Positions 26,480 through 38,745 of a stretch of DNA of 64,000 nucleotides are shown piece after piece; position 1 is the stretch's first letter, and each line of letters opens with the position of its first letter. The stretch is taken from contig NC_135889.1 in assembly GCF_964194155.1 (NCBI RefSeq), positions 100,812,001 to 100,876,000 on the forward strand, written 5' to 3'. Both the position numbers and the translations under genes were made by a program. The notes under the pieces are model-generated. The model was not told the DNA's origin, did not search any database, and saw only the letters and a list, made by a program, of their open reading frames with translations. This DNA is from Cetorhinus maximus. Its lineage: Eukaryota.

Positions 26480-27938
26480 GCCTACTGTCTCAGAAGATAA
26501 TGGTTTGCACTGTGGTGGTCAACTCTGAGTTAAACATGACCTGGTGTGACTGAGGAGCCCCATTCTGGCATGGCAGTCTGTGCCACATTTGCTGCAGAAC
26601 ACAACAGTGGGCTCAGAAGGTGCACGATTCCCTGCCCTCTGTATTCTCTAGCCCTCATATTGGCCAGTTGAGCTTTTTGTTTCTGCTTGCCTTTTCCAAT
26701 GCCCCTCCAAACAGTCAGCCTCCAGAAGTCATGACTGTCAGTGACTACCTCCCTGGTGTCAGTGTCTGCAATCTTCATATCTCACCTGCAGGTGTCCTTA
26801 GTTGCAGAGGTATCCCAGGAGGTCATGGCACTGTAGCCAATTCGCTGTACAGAAGACCTTTGGGTATATAACTGTCATCTGTACGAACGTGGCCGAGCCA
26901 ATACAGACATCATTGGTTTAACATTGAGTGTATGCTGATGGAATTAACACATTCACGGCCTCTGAGTTGATGACCTTGCCTTGCAAAGAGATGTCGAGGA
27001 CACATCTGAGATGGCGAAGGTGGAAGCTTTTCAGCCTTTTCTTCTGCTTAGCATATGCTGTCCAGGTCTCTCTACTTGTAGAGAAGTGCGCTGAGATTGC
27101 AGGCTTAGTAGACTTGCAATTTGGCATTCTCAGTCTGGTTGCTGATGCTCCACACTCTCTTACTCAATTTGGACATAACAGCTGCAGCTTTTGTGATGCT
27201 TGTGTTGATTTCAGCATCAAGTGACAGATTGCTGGTGATTGTAGATCCTAGATATGTGAAGCTATCAACAACATCCAGTGTCACATTGTCAATGCTGATG
27301 GATGGCAGTATGGCAACATCCTAGGCCATGACATTTGTCTTCCTAATGCTGCTGGTCAAATAAACTCTTTACAGGCATGAGAGAGTCCGTGCATTTGTTG
27401 CTGTAGGTGTTTCTCAGTATGGAGTGCTAGTGTGACAGTGTAGAGCAACTTTCTAATGAGGACTTTGTGCATCTTTGTCTTGGATCTCAGGCAAGCAAGA
27501 TGGAACAGCTTTCTGTCAGTTCTGGTATGTAAGTTGACACCCTCTGTAGATGACCTGAAGGTATATGGCAGCAAAGTGAAGAGTATGCCAGAGTGTCGGT
27601 GTCAGAACACAACCCTGTTTGACTCCATCTCAAAGGGTTCCGATGTTAACCCATCATAGCTGAACTTACCCAGCTTGTTGTCATGGAAAGAGGAAATCAC
27701 ATTGAACAGCTTAAGTGGGTAGCCAATTTTCTCCATCAGCTTAAATAAACAGCCTCTGCTCAAATGGTCGAATGCTTTGGTGAGATCGATGAAGGCGATA
27801 TATCGTGGCCTCCTTTATTCACAGCATTTCTCTTGTAGCCGCTGGACTGAGAAGATCATGTCAACTGTATGTCTTTCAGTTCTGAAAGCACTCTGGGATT
27901 TGGGATAGATGCATTCTGCCAAGGCCTGCAGTCTGATG
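26480..27938 (-). mobile_element. RTE-clade (BovB-like) LINE, RT and C-terminal fragment
   Basis: Minus-strand IAFIDLTKAFD, HTRTDRKLFHLACLRSKTK..KVLIRKLLY, VVDSFTYLGSTITSNLSLDAEI, ETWTAYAKQKKRLKSFHLR. Confidence 0.88.
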
Positions 27939-28112
27939 GTTAAAATTGGGGATGCTCAAGAAACCACATTAGAGGGGTGCAAATATCTCGAAGGTTATGG
28001 TGCTGGAGGAGATTACAGAGATAGGGAGGGATAAGGCCATGGAGGGATTTGAAAATAAGGATGAAAATCTTAAAATTGAGGCATGGCTTAACTGGAAACC
28101 AATGTAGATCAA
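27939..28112 (-). mobile_element. L2 LINE fragment
   Basis: DLHWFPVKPCLNFKIFILIFKSLHGLIPPYLCNLLQ matches the L2 ORF2 C-terminus. Confidence 0.8.
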
Positions 28113-28825
28113 CAAAATACTTTGGCACGGGGGCATCAAAACACCACAGCATTAAAAACAAAGATACCAGGGCATGGTAGATACCAAAATACTAGGACAT
28201 TGAAAATTAAGATACTAAGGCCTGGATTTTCATGACTGAGGTGGGTAGTCCGAGTCGGGAAACTTGCTGACTTGCCGGCCCCAGCTCAGAAAAGGGCCCC
28301 TGAATGTTGTGATCTTCACTCTGGGGGGACGGGGCTAGGATAGAGTTCAGCCCGCTGACCCTGGGAGCAGAGTGCAGGTAGCCAAGGTGTTGGATGAGCG
28401 CCAAGCTGGACTGTTTAGAAGGCCTGCCTTGGTTCTCTGGGACTTTAACCCAGTTGCATTAAAATATTTCAGGCCCTCTAGTCCTCAACTCTCACAATCT
28501 CTCACCCCCATGGTCTTATACCTACCATGACAATTCATGTCTCCCACCCACCCACCATGGCCCTCTATACCCCCAATGCCAACCCATGCTAACTCATGCA
28601 ATAACCATCCCAAACAGACACCATGAGCCATGTGAAGATGAAATAAAATAAAACTCTAAAAATCTAATACAGATTTCACTATACAAACTTGATTGTAAAA
28701 AAAAACTCCCATGCATAAAAGCCCATTCAAAACTTTTTCTTTTAAATCTTAACTGCTGAATGTCTAATAAAAACAAACACATATCAATTCCTGGCCCATG
28801 TCAAAAACAACAATTTTTTTAATAG

Positions 28826-29060
28826 AAGCAAAATACTGCGGATGCTGGAAACCTGAAACAAAAACAGAAAATGCTGGAAAAATTCAGCAGGTCTGACAGC
28901 ATCTGTGGAGCGAGAAGCAGAGTTGACGTTTTGAGTCCGTATGGCCTGAAGAAGGCTCTGAAGACGGATCATACGGACTTGAAACGTCAGCTCTGTTTCT
29001 CTCTCCACAGATGCTGTCAGACCTGCTGAGTTTTTCCAGCATTTTCTGTTTTGGTAATCC
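28826..29060. mobile_element. Palindromic Penelope-pLTR-derived mini-element
   Basis: About 85-bp inverted arms (28859-28943 / 28970-29053) homologous to the Penelope 3' end at 40800-40880. Flanked by direct repeat TTTAATAG. Confidence 0.85.
28954..28992 (+). ncRNA. Minimal type I hammerhead-ribozyme-like motif (Penelope type)
   Basis: ggct-CTGAAGA-(degenerate stem II)-GAAACGTC-agct. Core CUGANGA/GAAA, palindromic ACGU at stem III, pairable stem I. Confidence 0.6.
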
Positions 29061-29084
29061 TTTAATAGGCTCTTTAACAAGTAA

Positions 29085-29355
29085 GAGCTTGCTTATGGTG
29101 CAATGGTAGCATTCCTACTTCTGAGTCAGAAGCTCCAGGTTTGAGTCCCACTCTAGAACAAACAGACTGGTTATCAACCTGCAAATCCTTCCAATATGTC
29201 TAAGGCAGTTGGAAAGAACAGGAAAGTTTCCTGGCAGCCAGAACCTGCAGATGTTAATGGCAAGCCACTGCAGTACCTTGCCAAGCATAATCAAGGACTA
29301 ACACAAGGAAGTCGATGGTCATCAATGCCATCTTTGGGCATGGTACCTGAAGAAA
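29085..29355 (+). mobile_element. tRNA-derived SINE
   Basis: A-box-like TGGTGCAATGG and B-box-like GGTTTGAGTCC at the head. Confidence 0.6.
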
Positions 29356-31399
29356 GAGGGATAACCTGTCAATCAAACTGTGAACTCAGAACCCCCTTCT
29401 GACATATTTGAAGCTTTTGGAAATCAGCCAGGCATTGATAATGAGACTTAGGGAAATGTCAACAAACATTTAATGAAACTGTGAGAGCAGACTTAAAAGG
29501 AAACTCTCACTGATACCTGCAGCCTGTTTTTCTTTTCATTTGTAAAGGGTTTAAATAACTTCAGATCATGAAAGTTAAACAGAACTTATTCACTCTTCAA
29601 GAATATTCACATTTCTCCATAAATTTATGACACCCACACTGTGGATTAAGGTGCTTGCGACAGCCAAAATGGGTCTGTTTGAACTCAGCAGTGAGTTAAA
29701 ATGGCCCTGCTGAATTTAGGTTTCATGTGCGAATCACGCTCACCTCCTTGAGAATACTCCTCGAAAATCTGGGCACAAGAAACTGAAATATCAACCCATG
29801 GTGACATTGGAACATCTGCACATTTGACTGCAAAGAATCCAAGACACCAAATTACCAAGACATGAGGACACCATAACACCAGGTCAGTGAAATTCAAGGA
29901 TACAATAACTTTCCATCTCCACAACAGGATAGAGAGGCACAAGGATACCAGAACACACAGGGAGCAAAAAAAGTATTCTGCTTAACCTGGGGTATCCAGT
30001 CAGCTTATTTCATGTTCAAAGTGACAAAAGGTAACGTTCCACTTCAACATAACATTACTTGCTACCATTCACAATTGCAGCCTTCCCTTCATGAAAGTCA
30101 AATTCTATTTACTTTAATTAACTCATTATTGAGTGTATCAAAAATAAGTGTACAATAATAACTTGCACCTTTAATGTAGGAAAGAATCCTAAGGTGCTTC
30201 ACGGGAGCATTATTAGACAACGTTTAAAACCCAATGCAAAATTTATACACTTACCAACCCCCTTGATCTTGTTAATTTGATTTTTGTTTTGAAGCTGCTG
30301 ATCTGTAGTTGCTAGTGAATGAAAAATTGATGCTGAATATGCCCTTCAATGATTGTCATTTGTGTTCCATTTGAGTGACATTGTGGATGAAAAGTCAGAT
30401 TCTCTCAGGAAAGAGTGGGTCGTGAATGGCACTGCCCATTCATGAAGTCACTGGAGCCATGACTAGCATAACTCAGCAGTGCCTCAGCTGGGAATCTTAC
30501 AACTGGATCAGTGTATTTCACAGGAGGCCTTTATGAACTGAGAAAAGTACACTAGAAGGAATCTCAGAGATTAACTAAGCAATATAAAATGCATACTGTA
30601 AAGCCAACCACTTTAATTGGCTGCAAAGAATGCTAATTTGAAAGCCTTTGTGTGTGCACAGTGGGGATATGACCTCATGTGCGAACTTCTCATGATTTTT
30701 TTCAATTGAAATTATGCAGTATTTCATATAAATTTGTTGATCATTGTCATTCTTCTATGAAGAAACATGTATTATCACAATATATCATAACTGCTGTATT
30801 CAGATAATGCACTACACGGCACATATAAGCACAATATAAATAGGAAATTGAATAACTAAGGTGAACATTCTCGTAATATTAAGCTAGAGCTTCACCATAA
30901 GCATGAGATCCACAATTGCAAGCAAATAACTATCTAACAAGTGGTAATACTTTTTTGCTCAGACTTAGTGGTGGGCCAGGCAATCCTCTTTGATATGAAT
31001 GCAATTCTAGATTTTAGACACTGTGTCTAAAATCTTCATTATGACATAGATGATAAACTGTTCGCCTCAATTTTCTCCATTTGCTATTTTAACAGAAGCA
31101 ATAGCTAATCTATTTTAAACAAATTAATGCCTCTGTCAAAATTAGGAATCGAAAAATTTGACACACTCATCAATGTTTTCTGATCATAAGACATAGCATA
31201 ATTTCCAGACTCAGGTGTTTTTATTTTTAGTTGCAACCAAACTGCCTTTCCAAATCACTACAATTCCGTATTCCCCATTGTCTTATCCATCTTGCAAGCC
31301 TGTGGCATGGCCAAATATAATCATGTATATGACCTATTTTTATTTTATCAGTTGAAATCTCTAATATTGTTTAAAGAAAGAATTTGAATTACATAACGG

Positions 31400-33095
31400 G
31401 ACATCCTAGAAGAATAGGAACCGTAGTTCTTGTCCCTGTTTGACCATTCTATTAGATCGTAGCTGACCTGCATTCAACTCAATCCCTCCACCTTTATAGC
31501 ATATCTCTTTACAGCCTTACCTAGTCACCTCAGTCTTGAAAATTCTATCTTGGCTTAATGTCCAAAAAAATTTGAGTTAGAGATTTCCACTACCCTTTTT
31601 CTGAAAAAATGCTTCCTGATTTCACTCATAACAGTCCTAACTCTAATTTTAAGATTCTGTCCCCTTTGTTTGGATTTCCCCTCAGCAATTTCTCTGTAGC
31701 TATTATTTTAAGCACCTTAATCTTCTAAATTCACGGGAATACATGTGACGGACCAATGGTCATATAATAATAATAATAATGATAAATATGAAATTAACAC
31801 AGAAATACTAGGTTAAAAGTTGGGTAAACTCACAGTAAAACATATTTTATCAGGAGTCGAAACTAGCTTGCAAAACAGCAAGGTTAATTCTCCTCATAAC
31901 AATGTGAATTCACCAATAAGAAATACACACATCTAAAAAACGTTATTCTGTTACACTAGCACGTAAGCATGCAATGCTAGCCCTGATAATTAAAACCACA
32001 ATCAGATAAAAGAATACTAGTCCTCAAGTCCTATTAGCTTGCTGGAACCTGTACCTTGACTAAGCAAAATTGGCCAATGTAACTGTTACCTATGATCCAG
32101 TTTTCAGAAATAAATTAAAAATAACATTTCTTAGAAATTGAACGGGTACCCTCTTTATAATAGATGGCCCTTTCACCAACTATGGGGTATTATTTAGGGG
32201 TAGTCTATTATTGATCAAATGAACATCTTCTACATATCGGTTAATTATACAACCCCAAAATTCATTATAAATACCTCAACCCAAACGCGAACAATTTCAG
32301 CTTCGTTAGACTGTTTAGATTGGCTTCAGATCCGTTCTGAACCTAACTAGTCTCACACTGTCGGGGATTAAGATAATCTTACATTAATATTTTATGGGTA
32401 TCCATACTTTCTTTTTAAAATCTTATATCCGTAACAAGTAAAATCTAAAGCTTGGGCTCTCTTATAGAGATAAGAACTAGCTATCTTTTCTTTTTGGGGT
32501 TTATCGAGTGTTGCTATTTATGCTTTTTGTGTAAGCACCAAATTGCATGCTTTCTTATTATAATAAATTCGTATGCCTTAAAACTTAAATTGTCTCATTT
32601 AGTCTTCTGTATCAAAGATTCATTAACCTGACTCCCGTTCCCTTATGGTGGGGAAATATTTACTGTAGAGTATCACCTGGACCCTTATAATACGCAAGAA
32701 AATTACAATCTAGCTAAAAACAAATTGAAAATAAGGCTATCAAGAAGAAGATAATAACCTCAACTAATTCTCTTCCTTTAGGTGGATGCTGTTGAGACTC
32801 AGTGGACCTAGTTATGCGTCCTTGAGCTTGACTACCTCTGGCTGAAGTTGAGGGCAGTTATTCGGGAGGTAGGCCTGATCTCGAACAGCCCCAAAAAATG
32901 GGACTAGGATTGCAGTAAACCACATGCAAACCAAGTTGATGCAACCTCATAATGTAATGCTTAAAGCCCTGGTGAATGTGCCCTTTAGCCCTTTCAAAGT
33001 CAATATATCTTTCATAAGGTAATTATTTTTCCCAAGGCAAAAATCTGAACATAGCTTTCCAGACAGGGTCTGAACAAGGATTATACAATTGAAAC
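31400..33095 (-). mobile_element. Old CR1 3' fragment interrupted by a solo LTR
   Basis: gaccattctattagatcgtagctgacc, aaaaatgcttcctgatttcactc and ctaattttaagattctgtcccc. Sequence resumes after 32928. Confidence 0.65.
31744..32924 (+). mobile_element. Long solo LTR (about 1.18 kb), family unknown
   Basis: TGTG...CACA termini, 4-bp TSD TACA/TGCA (1 mismatch), TATAAATA at about 32266 and AATAAA at about 32562. Cleanly splits a CR1. Confidence 0.7.
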
Positions 33096-33104
33096 TACCA
33101 TTAC

Positions 33105-33480
33105 CAATGAAGAAGTTTTGAGATGTGGTTATTGTTATGTGGCAAACACAGCAGCCATTTCCACATAGTGAAGGACGGACCCACAAACAGGAAATGAGAC
33201 AAAGACCAGTTAATCCGTTTTTCATGGTGTAGGCTGAAAGAGAAATGTTGGTTACAGTAGCAGCAGAACTCCGTGTTCTTGTTCAGGTGTTGATAATAAG
33301 CACTGTGACAGCATTCAAAAAAAGACAGGGCCTTGGTTGAACTGTTGAGTGAAAAGAAGGAACTTCTGGCAATTCAATACTCCAGTGAAACGTTTACCTA
33401 GACGATATGTTCTGAACCTGTTCGGGGACTTGAACTCACAACCTTCTGCTTTGATGTTAGTTTGGTATCAACTGAGCCAA
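33105..33480 (-). mobile_element. DeuSINE-like SINE, degraded
   Basis: Reverse-complement similarity to 57254-57600, with tRNA-like head (ttgaactcacaaccttct..caactgagccaa). Confidence 0.55.
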
Positions 33481-33689
33481 ACTGATATTACTTCAGTAGT
33501 GTGCAAACGATTCAGTGGAGAGGCTAACCCTTGGTGCAATGCCATAGCATGATTGAGATAAGTTGACGATTAAATGAAGAGAAACAGTGCAGCTAAAGTA
33601 TGTATAGTTCTAATTACATGATCAAAAATTGCTCTGAAACCAGTAGTATGATGAGAATGGATTCTGATAATGCATTATGAAAGTCTGTG

Positions 33690-33852
33690 CAAGAACTCCC
33701 TTTCTAACAGCACTGTGGTTGTACCTACACCACATGGACTGCAGTGGTTCAAGGAGGTGGCTCACCAACTTCTTTCTGTAAGAGGTGAATTAGAGACAGA
33801 CACTGATAAGTTGCCTTGCTGGTGATGCCCACATTCCATGAGCTAATAAAAA
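33690..33852 (+). mobile_element. 3' tail fragment of the 12035-14838 LINE family
   Basis: ctaacagcactgtggttgtacctacaccacatggactgcagtggttcaag matches 14708-14760. Confidence 0.8.
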
Positions 33853-35180
33853 GACTTGATACTAGAAATTTTCTCTCAGACTTGGGATCTGAGGAAGGAA
33901 ATAATTCAACGTATCAATCCTTAGTAAGAACTGGTGATGCATGAAACTGTTTAAGGCTTAAAGGCCTACAAATGTGATCCGAGCAATACTGAATGTAAAC
34001 ATTAATGTGCTGTAAAATTTAGTATGTAATTTACACCATTATGCAGGCTTTTAAGTCAACTCAAGGTAGATGAGAGACTTATGTGCTAGCACAAATATCA
34101 GCTTTTACCAAAATCCTAATCATAAAATACAGGAATAACTTATACATGTATGGAATGCAATATTTCAGAATTAACTTAATCCTTTATTTGCACTCATTGA
34201 AATGCTGAAACAACTTCATTTTTGTTGGATTCTCTCCAAGTTATCGAACGTTAGGAGTTTGTATAAGAAGGCAGGTATGTAAATGTTAAACACTTTGCTT
34301 TGATATTCATTAGTAAATTGCCTAGCAACAATGCTAAATCCAAAAAGAATGCCCCCAATCTTTCCCACACACCTCGGCAGACAGAGGATTTTGTAAAACT
34401 AATTATACTCATCTCATTGTTACAGAACTAACAATCAATTGGTAAATTTAGTAAATTATCTACTACTGGCCTAAGAATGTCTGAAGCTTCTAAGTACCAC
34501 AACCTCCTTTAATAGTTACTTTGTCAAAGAAATTGATAATGCATCAGTGCCTCTCTGTGCTGTGCCGTAGGCTAATGTGAGAAGATTAAAGCAGTTGGCC
34601 ATCTTCGTTACTAATGCAGCTGTACCAATTTCTAATATTCAACTTCTGTCACTAAAGTAGTATTAATTTACTATAATAAAGTAATATTAATTACTTTCAT
34701 CTGTGATTAACAGAGTATGAGGTATAGGGATGGAAATGATAGGTTCACTACCCTATCTAGCACCCAAGTTGACCTAGAGAAAGTGAACTCAAAAAACAAA
34801 TGAAATATTAATAACTATTTTAAAAGTACACCTGTGACATTTATCGTTCTAGTAGAGCTGAAATTCTCTGAAGATTAAGCTTGACTATTTTCTAATACTT
34901 CTCTGAATTTTATCCATAAGGATGAGGCATTATGTGTGTTTTGCTCTTCATTTTAAGACGGACACACGAAGTTGTGCACACATGCAGATATAGACACACT
35001 TACACACAAACGAGCAGGCATTTCAACTCAAGAAATGTCACCTCTGCTATTGTCACTTCCTCCAATTTGTCCTATTTTTCAAAGTTCCTATTCTATTCAC
35101 TAAATCCTTTCATTATCTCTGCTACTGAAGGTGGGCTATAGAATGTTTTCACCATTTGTTAGGCTGTTTTTAAATAATAT

Positions 35181-35735
35181 GGGCTGGATTTTCATGGAGA
35201 CAGGGAGACTGTGAATCTTAAAAAAATGATGACTAGGACCCGAATCTTGCATTCCTGACCCCCTTTCCAGCACCCCCAATCTTCTCCAGTCCGGGATAAG
35301 GGTAGAGGCTGGTGCGAGTTGCAAGACTGCACCCCATACCCCCAAATTGCCTGGCTCAATTTCAGGGATAGGCATCTCCTAGTACACTTAAATTTTCGTG
35401 TAGCCAGACCAGTTATTCAAGGGGTTGTGGTTCACGGCCCCTCAGAGTTGCTGTGAACCATAGTCAACATTAGGGAATCTTTTGAGATGTAAGTTCAGAA
35501 GGTTTTACCCATGCCCCCTTGTCCACCCATCCCATGGCTCCTCATACCCCCCATACCAACCTATGACACTTCCATGCCCACTCACACAAGAATGCATAAT
35601 GAGGCTTGGTTGAGAGCCCAGACATCCATAACTCTATTAAAATAGCTGCGCCCCAGGGAAAACATTGTTTGATTGACAACTATTTCTCACTGATCTATTC
35701 TGTCAATTGCACAATGTTTATTTACACAAGATAAA
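35181..35735. mobile_element. Harbinger-type MITE (left part), interrupted by the larger Harbinger
   Basis: Starts GGGCTGGATTTT. Shares motifs with the 56185 and 28219 elements. Confidence 0.55.
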
Positions 35736-36086
35736 GGGCAGAACTTTACGCCTCGTGAGAAAGTGTGCACCTGACCCGACTGGGCATAAAGTCGCATGAG
35801 AAGACATCGGGCGAGGGTCCCAATGCCATCCCACACGTGCACAATCTTCAGGTTGGCGGGCACATGCGGGAGTCGGAGCTGCACCTGCCATCAATTAAAA
35901 GTCCGCTTAAGGCCATTAAAAACCCAATTGATCCAGATTTTACATTGCCTGTCTGATTTTGCGCTCGTGCAAAGGCAAAACGGGCAGGCGGGCAGCCCAC
36001 ATTTTGCAAGACCTCATCCAAGGACAGAATAAAAAGAGGCTCCTCCTCTGAGGAGGAAGAGAGGGGCAGAAGGGAGAGGAGACCAG

Positions 36087-37228
36087 ATGTCCCAATGCAG
36101 CTTCCAGGGGAGTGACATGTGGGAGCAGAGGTGCAGGCACAAGGGGCACAGGAAGTCCAAGGCGGAAGGGGTTGCAGAAGACACCACTACCCTGCTGCCA
36201 GGATTTACAGGCAGCGATGCAACTACCTCAATATGTCTGAGGTACAATGCCAAAGGAGGCTCCGCCTCTCCAGGGAGACTGTGACCTCCATTTGTCAGAT
36301 GATTAGGCCTGAGATCACCTCCAACTGTATGGGTGGAAACCCCATGCCAGTGGCTCTGAAGGTCACAGTGGCCTTCAACATCTATGCCTCTGGTTCTTTC
36401 CAGGGCTCAGTGGGGGAGCTTTGTGGAGTGTCCCAATCAGCTGTCCACAGTTGTGTCAAACTGGTGACAGAAGCTCTGTCAGGCGGCTAATGACATTTAT
36501 TCATTTCCGTATGGATGAGGCCAGCCAGGCTGAGCAAGCCAGAGAGTTTGCAGCGATTGCTGGGTTCCCCTGCGTCCAGGATCAATTGACTGCACACATG
36601 TGGCCATCAAGGCGCCAGCAGGTCAGCCGGGTGTCTTCGTCAATAGGAAGGGATTCCACTTGATGAATGTGCAGATAGTGTGTGACCACAAGACGGAGGT
36701 TCTGCAAGTCTGTGCAATGTACCCTGGCAGCTTCCAAAATGCTTATATCCTGAGACACTCTCAGGTGCCACAGCTCTTCAGTGCTTCAGCCCGGCTGGAT
36801 GGAAGGCTGCTGCGTGACAAGGGCTATCTGTTGAAAAGGTGGCTCACGATGCCTCTCTGCCACCCAAGAACAGAGGCAGAGCAGCGTTATAATAGGAGTC
36901 ATGCCTCCACAAGGGCGGTGATAGAGAGGGTCTTAGACCTTCTGAAGGTATGTATCTGGTGCCTGGACCATCAGGGGGAGCACTACAATACCCCCCAGAG
37001 TGGGTGTCACTGATAATGGTTGCACGCTGCGTCCTCCACAATCTGGCACAGGCAAGGCGGGACCCACTGGAGGGAGAGGCAGCTGCACAGGCCACAGCGG
37101 ATGAATCCAGTAGCGAGTCAGAAGAGGAGCATGGTGAGGAGAATGCTGATGGCATAGAGGCAGACCTCTGTATCCTTCAGGGAGGCAGGGCCACCAGGGG
37201 CACCTTGATCCAATGCTCCTTCAGCTAG
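36087..37228 (+). pseudogene. HARBI1-like DDE transposase, frameshifted
   Basis: RRLRLSRETV, MPVALKVTVAFNIYASGSFQ, GFPCVQ..DCTHVAIKAP, FVNRKGFH..NVQIVCDH, YPGS, LRDKGY, YNRSHASTRAVIER, CVLHN, acidic tail. Confidence 0.92.
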
Positions 37229-37599
37229 GCTGCCAAAGATCTGCTTCCACCTCATAGGAGGGCTGCTGCCTCCATCCAAGATGTCTGAAATGACCCTTTC
37301 ATTTGAACCCAAAAATCCACTTAGTGCCTGTGCAATGACGTTTAGAGCCATTTTCATCCAGCATTACATACCGGCACACTCTGTACCAAAAACAAGGTGA
37401 AGCACATGCGACAAAAGACCATTATGACAAAAACAAAATTTATGTAATTTTCACACTCAAAACAAATTAACATCACCATATCTGGTGTTGATTTCCGCAC
37501 CAGTAAACATATAAACAAAAAATTACAGAAGATCACACGTGACCAGTCCCTCTTGTGCTCATGGTGCCTTAAACTTATGTTTATGAGTGCTGCGTCTTG

Positions 37600-38745
37600 G
37601 TGCCCCCTCCCACCCCCTCGCTGGCAGCGGTATTGGAGCCAGCCTGTTGCCTCTGCTGTCTTGTTGGCCTTCATGACCTTGGCAGTCATCCTCTGGCCAG
37701 TGGAGCCTGTGCTGGCCCCACCTGGGAGGGAGAGGCCAGTGCCATGGCTGGCATCTCCCCAGTTATCGCAGCCTCATCAGATGCCGCAGTCACTGGCAGA
37801 GGGGCGGTGGAGTTGCTGCCGTCATCCAGAGTGCCCTGAGAGGAGCCCACAAAGATGACAGGCAGCTCGTGCACCAACGTGAGGCCCCTCTGGACCTCCC
37901 TGCTCGCCAGTGATGGACGGAGGAGGCAGTGCACTCAGCCACGAGGGTCAACGCAGTGCTCATGCTCCGCTTGGACTCCTCCACAACAGAGACCATGGCA
38001 TGCATAGCCTCATGGATCTCCACCAGATCCTCCCGCACACCCCGCTGGACATCCAGCATCTGCTGCCTAATGGACAACTCCAGAGGCTCATCATCTGCCT
38101 TTGACTCAGCATCGTCCTGGTCTCCAGCAGTCCTCTGACTGTTGGTGCCTTGAGCACTCTCTGCCACCACCTGCACCTCAAATGAGTGTGAAGTGCCCTC
38201 ACCATTATGCACCGATTTTCTAGCCGAAGATCTAACGCCCACCGAGGTGCCGGTATCTGCGCTGGTGCCTGGTTCAGAGACCGAGTGTGATGCAGGTGCA
38301 GCTGAAGCCCGGTGGTCCTCTGGGATCAGGGGTGGCTCTTCGGGGTCCTGTGAATGAGAGCCTGCTGGTGAATCTAAGAGAGAACAATGACAGGTCATTA
38401 GTTTACATCATCACACTGTCACTGTGCATGCCAGGCACTCTGGTGAGACAATGGAGATCTGTATCATGGTGCCATCGTCTTTCAATGATCAATGGGATTG
38501 CCAGTTTTGAGGCTCCCATCAATGAAGAGACTAAACTAGAATGTTTGCACCATCCAAAACTCTCACCTCTACGCGCTGTACTCTTACCTTCACCTGACAC
38601 CCCAGCCTCTCCACAACCAGCTGAATGAGGTGCATGGCGGCTCTCCAGCTCTGAGGTGTCCTGCTCATATCTGGCCAACTTTTGAAGGGTTGGGGGGGCC
38701 TCCATCTGTCCGTGGCCTCTTAATGTTGTTATGGGTCGTCTTCCC
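37600..38745 (-). pseudogene. Harbinger accessory (Myb/SANT-type) gene, downstream exons 38745-38588 and 38373-about 37600; Myb-domain exon missing
   Basis: Splice sites cctttcag|GGGAAG, GAAG|gtaaga and ctcttag|ATT. KTTHNNIKRPRTDGGPP resembles the post-Myb (RE)R.KTGGG motif. Coiled-coil-like LSIRQQMLDVQRGVREDL. Confidence 0.7.

Larger units (their letters stand above)
28219..29775 (-). mobile_element. Harbinger-type MITE (same family as 56185-57253, opposite orientation) with nested insertions
   Basis: TIRs GGCCTGGATTTTC / GAAAATCTGGGCA, flanks TAA/CAA. Internal segments 29391-29445 and 29692-29720 match the reverse complement of 56660-56713 and 56337-56363. Confidence 0.72.

Noticed and set aside
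28120-29960. CRISPR-like array or other prokaryotic system
   Set aside because: Only short degenerate 8-bp periodicity, with no constant repeat-spacer structure, cas genes or operons; the DNA is eukaryotic.
36087-37228. Domesticated host HARBI1 gene
   Set aside because: Multiple frameshifts, a nearby TIR and a convergent partner gene indicate a decayed transposon copy.
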